A stretch of DNA of 64,000 nucleotides from Epithemia pelagica (Eukaryota; Protista; Bacillariophyta): NCBI GenBank assembly GCA_946965045.2, contig OX337238.1, forward strand, positions 1,550,001 through 1,614,000. The letters run 5' to 3'. Positions 56,222-64,000 of the stretch are shown here, piece after piece; positions within the stretch are counted from its first letter, which is position 1, and the number at the start of each line of letters is the position of its first letter. The translations under genes were made by a program, and so were the position numbers. The notes beneath the pieces are model-generated. The model ran no database searches, was not told the origin of the DNA, and saw nothing but the letters and a program-made list of their open reading frames with translations.

Positions 56222-57730
56222 CTAGTTTCCATTGACTATCTTCAGATGGAAGATATGGACTGCGGTTCGAGCTTGCGGTTCCACTGGCTGCGTGACAAAA
56301 TCATCGTAAATTCCTCCGTGGACGGCGAAAAAAAGATAGAGCTCTCGTCCACCGGTGCCGATTGAAAGGCTACTAATCAGGGCATCGATTTGCCGCTGCT
56401 TTGCGTCATGTGATTTGCCGAGTGTAACCTGGAAGGCATAGTATATGTTGCCAGTCTTGTAGATCATGTCATAAAGAGGGTGGGTTCGGCTCGATGAAAA
56501 GTACAAAACATGGTCTAAACCATTTCTGACAGCCGTCGTGCAGTCCCCTGCCAACGCTTTTTCATTGCAGCCGCCAACCTGGATTCGTTGGTGATGGTTG
56601 TAAGCAGGGTGTGTCTTGCCAACGCATCCACGGCTTGTGTAGGTGTTTTCTTCTAGCAGCATTTCAATTAAGTACTCCTCTAAGAGTTGCCACGAAATAG
56701 GTGTTGGGTACACAACAAGTTCATTCCACAAGCCACTCATGAAACGTCGACGAACTTGTTGCAAAACGAAATCGGAAGCCAGCTCCAGCTCTACCTTGAA
56801 GTATCTGTCAACCGGCTTGAAGATGACAATCCCACCGTGGGGTTGATCGACACCGAATCCGGCATGGAAATTAACATGACCTTGAACGAGATCTTTCACT
56901 TGCTGTTCCGTCAAAGCATTCACCTTCCGTTGGAGTTCTTCCTTGTTCTCCCCCTCGTCTAACGGGAAAAAGACCTGTCTTGGAATCCCACCAAATGTTT
57001 GAAAAAGATTAGCAACTTGTTCTTCAGTAACTTCCGCACGACGCAGTTCCTTGGAACCTCCGATCAACTCTGCCATAGTCCAAGGTGGGAAATAACGAAA
57101 CATGCCTCCTGAATTCCCAAGTTCAGTTCTCTTCGTAAACGCACTACCGCCCCAGTGTCTCTCGTCCGGAGAAGCCACAATAATCACTCGCGCAGCAACG
57201 TCACCTTCGGGGTCACAGTTTGTCTTCGTCTCACCCGGATCCACGATGAAGTATGTGTTAGGATCGTAGAGCGCATCGATCTCCGTTTGTTTTGTTGATT
57301 CCGGGTAAATTCGCAGATTAGATTCCACAACATCATCCGTAGGAATGAGTTGGACGTAGTGATTCGTTTCTTTCTTCGAACAGCGCAAGTAGACGACGGT
57401 TTTCCCCTGCTGCAGCAGAAGTTTGACGAGAAAAAAAGCTGTTGTAGATTTTCCAATGCCTGGAGTGCCGACGACTGCAACACGATCTCTTTTCTCTGGG
57501 TCGTTTAGCTCGGCGATGCAGTTTGTCCAAAATGCGTTGTCAGCATTCCGAACCACAACGTTGGAAGTTCGTCCTGTGTATGGGTCAGGAACATCTCTCA
57601 GAACACCGAAGACTTGGTCGCTCTCTCCCCCGACGAGAGGAGCCGCGATGACTGCCAAGAACTTCCTGGCCCTCTCCGATGAATCAACTCGTGCCCTCTT
57701 CTCTCTGCCAGTTCTCTGCGCGTCTAACAT
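56222..57730 (-). CDS. Crinkler/RHS-type P-loop NTPase + REase-fold protein (502 aa), intact
   Basis: VGTPGIGKST, YFIVDPG, IVASPD, HPLYDMIY..AFQVTLGKSH; N-terminal REKRAR (NLS-like). Confidence 0.8.
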   Translation of the reverse strand: MLDAQRTGREKRARVDSSERARKFLAVIAAPLVGGESDQVFGVLRDVPDPYTGRTSNVVVRNADNAFWTNCIAELNDPEKRDRVAVVGTPGIGKSTTAFFLVKLLLQQGKTVVYLRCSKKETNHYVQLIPTDDVVESNLRIYPESTKQTEIDALYDPNTYFIVDPGETKTNCDPEGDVAARVIIVASPDERHWGGSAFTKRTELGNSGGMFRYFPPWTMAELIGGSKELRRAEVTEEQVANLFQTFGGIPRQVFFPLDEGENKEELQRKVNALTEQQVKDLVQGHVNFHAGFGVDQPHGGIVIFKPVDRYFKVELELASDFVLQQVRRRFMSGLWNELVVYPTPISWQLLEEYLIEMLLEENTYTSRGCVGKTHPAYNHHQRIQVGGCNEKALAGDCTTAVRNGLDHVLYFSSSRTHPLYDMIYKTGNIYYAFQVTLGKSHDAKQRQIDALISSLSIGTGGRELYLFFAVHGGIYDDFVTQPVEPQARTAVHIFHLKIVNGN

Positions 57731-58340
57731 GATCGGCTGCTGGCGAATGATGGTGTAACGTATCGCAGGTGAAGGACTACTGTACTACGAGTTTACCCAA
57801 TCACTTCTCGTGTTACGTGAATGAATTGAGGGTCCATTCTATATCGACGCGCAAAAGCGCGATTTTGGTTCTCATATGTTCACCAACATTTCTGTCGCGC
57901 TTGCACTCCCCAGCGCGATTTTGCGATTGCGCTCATCATCCATATGTGCGACCGGATCCATAAATTGAAAGATGTAGCAAGAGCGTAGCTTTTGCTCCAG
58001 TTACCTCTAGACCTCTAATAAGAGTTAGTTTCAGGTTAAAGCTCACCATGAAAAGGGAGCGGCTACAAGAGCAAACGAACAATCGTCGACCGTAGTGACA
58101 CTTGGATGGTATAATGGGGCATGACATGAAATGTCATTTGCCTGTCTGGAACGTGGAATTTTTGGCGTGTCTTGACGATTTTGCCGGGCGTCCCTGCTGG
58201 TGCACATTATTTCCACTCCTCTTATTTATCGATAACAGTCAACATATGTTATCACGTTGAATGGAGAATGGAGAATACAGTAAGATCGGAGACTTTGGTC
58301 CCATTCTTTCTTGTGGGTACCTTCAAACGATTCTCTCGTT

Positions 58341-59529
58341 CTATCGTTTTGTTTCGGAGGAGGTTGGTTGGGAGGACGACAGAGTCGCTTTCGGGAGAGT
58401 ATCTAAAGGAGGAGGAGGAGGAAAGTTTCCCAAGAGAATAGAATCCGGTGCTTGCACCAAGGATTGCAATTGCGATACTTGATGCAATCCATAGAGGTAC
58501 ACATGTTGCAAGTGTTGCAGCCGTCGTTTGGCGTCTTGATAATAATCATCCTTGTCGTCGTCGTCATTGACTGGAATGTTCTTGTGTCGCTCTTGTTCGT
58601 TGTGAACCCATTGTAGTAGTTGCTGTGACGCGGCGGTGGAAGTGCTTGTGGAATCCGTTGGATTTGGGCAAGGCTTTTTATCATCCACAGTTGTGGAATC
58701 GTCGGGTGGTACTAGTGTAGAGAAGTGAGTGGAATCGTTTGGTGTCTCTTGTTTTTCTAGTTCTGTATCCGACTGTGATGGAGGTGAGGTAGACTTGTCC
58801 TCGGTTTCGTCCTTTAAAGGTGGATCTGCGGCCACATTCGTTTCGTGAGTCGTCCGTGAAGTCTCGTCTGTTGTTTTGTCTTGTTCCTTGTCCTTAATTT
58901 GTGTCGAAGCATTTTTGTCCTTCTCGGATGTGGCTGTTTCGACGACAGGTTGCGTTTCTTCGGAAGCAGATTCGTCCATTCGGGGCCGTTTTCGTGCCGG
59001 TTCCCGTGTATCGTCCGTGTCCTCCTTGCTGCCCTTATTCTCCTTTTCCTTTGCTGATTCCGGCTGTATTGTGTTGTCCTTTTTATCCATTGGTATTTCT
59101 TCTATGTCTTTTGTTTTCTCCTCCGTTTCCTCGCCATCCTTCATGATGGCGTCCTCCGGATCCGTCACTGTTTTCATCCTATCGTCCACATCCTTGGTTG
59201 TAAATTCTGTAGAGTTTGTATTCTCCTCCGTTTCCTCCGTCATGGTGGCGTGCTCCTTCATGATCACATCCTCCTGGTCCGGATCCTGCTCCGTCTCTGT
59301 TTTCATCGATTCGTCCATGTCCTTTCTTGCTTCAGTGTCATTGTTGTCCTCTTTGTCCTCCCCGTCTTTTTCTTTCATGGCTTTGTCTTTTATTCTTGTA
59401 TCCTCGTCACGAGCCTCATTAGTTGTGCTCGTCTCGTTCTGTTCTAGTTCCTTTACCTCATTTACGTCCATGTCAGTTTTCTCGGATTCGTCTGGTGATT
59501 TTGGTATGGAATCGGCTGGTTTCCGGTCC

Positions 59530-59570
<41 letters not shown>

Positions 59571-59954
59571 ATTGCTGGGTTCCTCGTCTGTAATACTAGT
59601 GGTTGCGGCTCGTGTCGCGTCATCCTGGACGGTAGTAGTTGTGGGTTGGGAAGATGATGACCCTTGGGGATTGTGGGTGCTGCTGTTGCTTCGTGTTGTT
59701 GGTGGGTGGGGGCGCGTCCAATAGTATCGAGCCGGTTCGACAAGACGAGTTTGTTGTTCCAAATACGTCAAGAGATCGTGCAAGGTTCCCACAGGAGCCG
59801 CTGTGGTGGAGGATGGTGGTGGTGCCTCGGAAAGGGCCATCCAACCATCCCCACGACTTGCAGTGATACTGCTGCGATCCTGGTCCGTAGTAGTCGTAGA
59901 ATGGTCCTTGGGAATCGACCAACGACCGGATGGTGGTTGGGTGGGTGTCGTCAT
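58341..59954 (-). CDS. Hypothetical acidic low-complexity protein with a poly-Asn tract
   Basis: 537-aa open frame; E/D/K/T-rich middle; short helical segments at both ends; (AAC)n at 59530-59570. Confidence 0.65.
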
Positions 59955-60282
59955 GAGTGGATTCTCTCGCAACTACTTTCAATCTCACTAGGAACTCCTC
60001 CTTGACAAAGTCCTGTCCAGAGAGTCGGTTGGATTTTGCATTCCCCGCCAAGGCGCCATTGCGTGAACGTTGATGTTCATGTCGTATCAGCGACCCGAAC
60101 GCGTCTGAGAAAACTACCCTTGCTATCTCTCAAGAAGCAGTTGGTTGTGGTTTGTGTTTTTGGTTCGTTCCTCTTGAGTCTACTCCTACCTACTCCTAGG
60201 TAGGAGTATGTCGTATTCCTACACACACCGACTACAAACCAAAGGTCAACCATTATGTCTTAGTACTGACGCAATTCCGTGC

Positions 60283-60936
60283 TTATTCTTGTCCCGCCAA
60301 ATAGAGGGCCGACTTTTCCAAGGGTCCTCGTCGGTTGTGCACCTTGACGATATTGCCATCGGCGGACAAGACACCATTTCGTCGCAAATTGACATATTCT
60401 TCGCGCTTGTATTGGGTGAATCCCCACTTGAGCGATTTGAGAATTTTTTGGCGGCCGGCAAACTTGAATTTGCCTCGTCGAATGGCTTCAATGACGTGGG
60501 CTTCAAATTGATCCTTGGACCGGACACTCAACAAGACTTGTCCAATGTCGACACGGGCGGCGACACCAATGGGTTTGCCGTACGAATGGCGCATTCCACT
60601 CGACAAGCGATCGGCGCCGGCACACGACAACATTTTGTTGGCCCGCAACACATGAAAGGGATGGGCGCGGACGCGAATGTGGTAATTGTCTTTGCCAATA
60701 TTCTTGGTCAAATGCTTGTTAATAGCAATCCGACAAGCTTCCAAGGCTTCGGAGGAAATTTGCTGCTTTTCGTCACAGACCAAATGAGCGACAAAGGGAA
60801 ACAAATCGACCGGGGCTTTCTTGGCGCCCGTATCAAAAATACGAATCTTGGATTCGGGGACACCACGACAATACCGACTCTTAATGTACGGCTTGTTCTT
60901 TTGGTACCGGTAACAACGAGCGGGACGACGACCCAT
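60283..60936 (-). CDS. RPL10: 60S ribosomal protein L10 (uL16/QM)
   Basis: [58 protein letters not shown]. Confidence 0.98.
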   Translation of the reverse strand: MGRRPARCYRYQKNKPYIKSRYCRGVPESKIRIFDTGAKKAPVDLFPFVAHLVCDEKQQISSEALEACRIAINKHLTKNIGKDNYHIRVRAHPFHVLRANKMLSCAGADRLSSGMRHSYGKPIGVAARVDIGQVLLSVRSKDQFEAHVIEAIRRGKFKFAGRQKILKSLKWGFTQYKREEYVNLRRNGVLSADGNIVKVHNRRGPLEKSALYLAGQE

Positions 60937-61475
60937 GATGGAAAAGTCTGACTGTTGCGTGTTTTAGAAACAAGAGAGAGTAATCAATGTGGCAACAATT
61001 CCAAGAGTATGAGAACAAGGTGACAATCACCACCAAACAGTGACGATATTCGGGTCTCAAACGTGCATCGACCCTCCCGCGACTTCGATCGTCTTCGATC
61101 GAGGCCACACGAGCGATGATGATGAGTGTTTCGACCATGGCCAACTTGGAGTGGCCGCCGCTCTACGTCTTGGGTAACATCATACTCAAACACCAATCCC
61201 ATTCCGTGGATCCAAAAGAAAACGGGTAGTTTATTCATTCATTCACTTACACTGCTGTGTTTGGACAATGGAACCAAGTCAACAGAGTCAACCGTGCGGC
61301 ACTGTGCTGCACAGATTGTGCTGCCCACTAGATGCAAGTAAGGAGCGGTAAGCGGTAACTATTTCTGAATACAGTTTGTCGTATAGTAATCTCTTGTCCG
61401 ATATAGAAAGTACAATCGGTCGCACTCGTGACTGATCGAGTCGTTCCAACCCTTTGGTCATTTCCATGTAGATAT

Positions 61476-64000
61476 ATGGTTGGGCCTGGTAGGAATTGCC
61501 ACGTTCCGTCACGCTTCCGATTTGCAATCGTATTGGGTGTGTGCGTCGTGGAATCCCACGAACTCGAGTTTTCGCCTTTTTGGGGGGTCTCTGTCATATC
61601 AAGACACGAGGAAGATTGGCTGTTGTGGTTGTGTTTGCCGTTTCAGTGTTCCATCGTTCCACCAAACCATCACAACAAGAACACATTCATTCGTCTACTA
61701 GACTCCCTTGCGAGCGTTTGGTTCCTTCTTCTCCGAATCGCTCTTGTTTCAAGTTCCCACACCAACGCACAGTCATCCTCACTCTTCACCACCATGACCA
61801 CCACCATGACCACCCCTCATTCGTATCTTCGTGCCAGTCACTCACCCCACAAGGCCTCGGTTGGTGGTTCGGACCAGAAACCACTCTTGCGAGTGTTGCA
61901 GGAGGAGCAAGCCACGGAACAGGGTCCACACATTCCTTCCAACACGAATAACGCATCACCACCTCCCTTGGCGGCGGCGTATTCGCCCATGGTCGAACCG
62001 GAAATTATTCCCTATGGAGAGGAGGAAGAACCGGAAATTATTCCCTATGGAGAAGAACCGGAAATGATTCCCTACCAACACGAAACCGTCACACAACCAC
62101 TTCTGCAAGACGAACCCGTACCACCCACCATGACCACAGCATCCTCCACAAGCGAGTCGTCCGAACCACAACAACTCCCGGCCGTGGACCCTTCCCTCGG
62201 AGCACCCGTGGATCCAGCGAGTCTGGGTGTGGCTCCGGTTGCTGCTTCTGCTGCGGCGGTGCCCACTCCCAATGGTGCCACTGCTACTATGGGCGCTTCC
62301 TCCACCGGGAATACCGCGTCTCCACCACCAGTGGGCGGTACCACCCCTGCAGCCCCACCAATGGAACCACAGAGCGGTGTCACCACCAACAGCATGATGG
62401 TTCCACCCACCACCATGACGACGATTAGTACCACCACCAACTCGAATGCTCTTTTGGATGCGCCTCCTCCTCCCACGGGATCGGAACAAACCGTGCCGCT
62501 TCCCTTGGTCCCTCATACTACCAGCAGCACCACAACGGCCATGAATACGATTCCTGGCGAACCTACCGGAGGAGTGACGACCGCCGCGACGAGTACGGCG
62601 TCGCCAGGCCAATGGCAAGCTTCCTCCTCTTCCATGTCGTCGTCGTCGAATCCTCCTCTTTCTCCGGCCACGGGAGTCTCGAGTGTGTCACCACCACCAC
62701 CACCTACCATGACAAGCGCAGCTGGAACCGCCGTTCCCGAATCCGTACCAGAAGTGACTGGAGCAGCTCCCACTCAAGAAGGACAAGTTCCCGAATCCGT
62801 ACCAGGAGTATCTGGAGGAGCTCCCACTCAAGAAGGATACGTTCCCGAATCCGTACCAGGAGTATCTGGAGCAGCTCCCACTCAAGAAGGATACGTTCCC
62901 GAATCCGTACCAGGAGTGACTGGAGCAGCTCCCACTCAAGAAGTAGAAGTTCCCGGCAAGAATCCTTCCATTCCGTCCGGTCCAGCCGTGAATGAAGCAG
63001 CCACGATCCTGCCTCCGATTCCGACTACTTCCACAACAACGACAACACCCATGACGGGCACGGCCGTGTCTCCCACCTCGACGAGCGTGTCCACGACCAA
63101 TCCGTATACTCAGCCGCAAGGAGCTGTTACGATCGAGCCGCAGCAGCAGCAGCAGCCGCAACCTCCATTCAACCAAGGACCAGAACCACCCGTCACGATT
63201 GAGCCGCAACAGCAATCGGAACCCTACCAACAAGAACAATCCTCCAATTCGGAACCTGCTTTGGGACAAGCACCGGAACCGGGCTTGACCATTCCTGCTA
63301 GTTCGACGGAAGTGAATCCATCGGCTCCGACATCCATGCAAACGTCGTCATATGAGTGGTCCCAACCACAAGCACCAAACAAAGCATCCGAGGCCACCAG
63401 ACCCGCCACCTTGGCCCATCCTCAAGGAGTATCGGAATCTCCAGAACCCGAAGAACCTGCCGTCGTGGAAACTCCCCATGAACCGGCCATTGTGGAAACT
63501 CCGCAAGAACCAGTCGTTGTGGAAACACAGCAAGAGCCTGTAGTGGCCCAAACCGAAGCAGCACCAGCCGACGAAATCCCCGACATGAATGATGATTTCC
63601 AAGTTGTGGATGGGGCCGGTCCTTCGACGACGAATCCGGCAGTTACCGAGGAAGAGATTGGCGATTTCAATGCCGATAATGTCCAAGACGAAGATACTCA
63701 ATGGGAAGAATGGAAAAAAGAAAATTCCAATACCTATCAAACTCCCACCTCGACCCTCTTTGACAAGAAAAATCAAGGTGGTACTTCTTCTTCGTCCAGT
63801 TCGAGTCCAAGCGCCGAGGAATCACAAGTCCCCACCGTATCATCCTCCTCCTCGTGGCAATCGGCCGATTGGGCCGGTCATCATACCGCATTGGCAATTG
63901 TCATGGTGACCATTTTGGGACTCATGGCACTCTTGGTCTGTCGTCGTCGTCAAGCACACTTGCAACAGAAGCAACGCAAGAGTCATTTGGATCAGTACCG
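61476..64000 (+). CDS. Mucin-like Pro/Thr/Glu-rich type I membrane protein; runs off the window; true start uncertain
   Basis: Not in the ORF track because it has no stop in the window. Reads VWFLLLRIALVSSSHTNAQ (signal-like), LLRVLQ (RXL), P/T/E-rich repeats, TM ALAIVMVTILGLMALLVC, then RRRQ. Confidence 0.75.
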   Translation, partial: MVGPGRNCHVPSRFRFAIVLGVCVVESHELEFSPFWGVSVISRHEEDWLLWLCLPFQCSIVPPNHHNKNTFIRLLDSLASVWFLLLRIALVSSSHTNAQSSSLFTTMTTTMTTPHSYLRASHSPHKASVGGSDQKPLLRVLQEEQATEQGPHIPSNTNNASPPPLAAAYSPMVEPEIIPYGEEEEPEIIPYGEEPEMIPYQHETVTQPLLQDEPVPPTMTTASSTSESSEPQQLPAVDPSLGAPVDPASLGVAPVAASAAAVPTPNGATATMGASSTGNTASPPPVGGTTPAAPPMEPQSGVTTNSMMVPPTTMTTISTTTNSNALLDAPPPPTGSEQTVPLPLVPHTTSSTTTAMNTIPGEPTGGVTTAATSTASPGQWQASSSSMSSSSNPPLSPATGVSSVSPPPPPTMTSAAGTAVPESVPEVTGAAPTQEGQVPESVPGVSGGAPTQEGYVPESVPGVSGAAPTQEGYVPESVPGVTGAAPTQEVEVPGKNPSIPSGPAVNEAATILPPIPTTSTTTTTPMTGTAVSPTSTSVSTTNPYTQPQGAVTIEPQQQQQPQPPFNQGPEPPVTIEPQQQSEPYQQEQSSNSEPALGQAPEPGLTIPASSTEVNPSAPTSMQTSSYEWSQPQAPNKASEATRPATLAHPQGVSESPEPEEPAVVETPHEPAIVETPQEPVVVETQQEPVVAQTEAAPADEIPDMNDDFQVVDGAGPSTTNPAVTEEEIGDFNADNVQDEDTQWEEWKKENSNTYQTPTSTLFDKKNQGGTSSSSSSSPSAEESQVPTVSSSSSWQSADWAGHHTALAIVMVTILGLMALLVCRRRQAHLQQKQRKSHLDQY
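62733..62948 (+). repeat. 54-bp coding tandem repeat x4 (VPESVP(E/G)V(T/S)G(A/G)APTQE(G/V)x)
   Basis: gttcccgaatccgtacc at 62733, 62787, 62841 and 62895. Confidence 0.95.

Noticed and set aside
57889-57895. TTTCTGT upstream of CR NTPase 2 as another Crypton end
   Set aside because: A 7-mer is expected several times in 64 kb (another is at 20344), and no hairpin or adjacent end homology is present.
1-64000. tRNA, rRNA or telomeric repeats
   Set aside because: No T-loop/cloverleaf, conserved rRNA segment or telomere array was recognised on either strand by eye.

Overview
Eukaryotic nuclear DNA, most likely from a pennate diatom (inferred from CoDi-type copia elements, a TM-sensor-cyclase-PDE receptor and the RPL10 sequence). 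The window is a transposon-rich accessory region. Mobile elements, left to right: the decayed 3' half of a CRE-like non-LTR retrotransposon; a very young Ty1/copia element (identical LTRs without TG..CA ends; gag and pol separated by one in-frame TGA); a DIRS/Ngaro-like tyrosine-recombinase (YR) retrotransposon whose six in-frame stops are all TGA; a PIF/Harbinger-type transposon with two nested TTAA-flanked MITE-like inserts; a Crypton-like, intron-containing YR DNA transposon with subterminal inverted repeats and a 136-nt modular G.A-rich rod hairpin; and two copia remnants. Five Crinkler/RHS (CR)-type NTPase-REase, REase-kinase or REase genes without a recognisable header domain are scattered through the region. 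Several sit at the breakpoints of truncated host genes, and one sits directly behind a copy of the Crypton-like end. Host genes: Golgi-type sulfotransferase, bifunctional guanylate cyclase/phosphodiesterase, a probable mitochondrial PPR-like protein, RPL10, a low-complexity protein and a mucin-like type I membrane protein. Pseudogenes: an RRM gene carrying a borrowed presequence, a PLD-family nuclease, glycerate kinase and an ankyrin gene. Best candidate for an undescribed system: the Crypton-like YR element, its structured hairpin and the possible mobilisation of CR effector genes by the same end. All calls come from reading motifs by eye; no database search was run.
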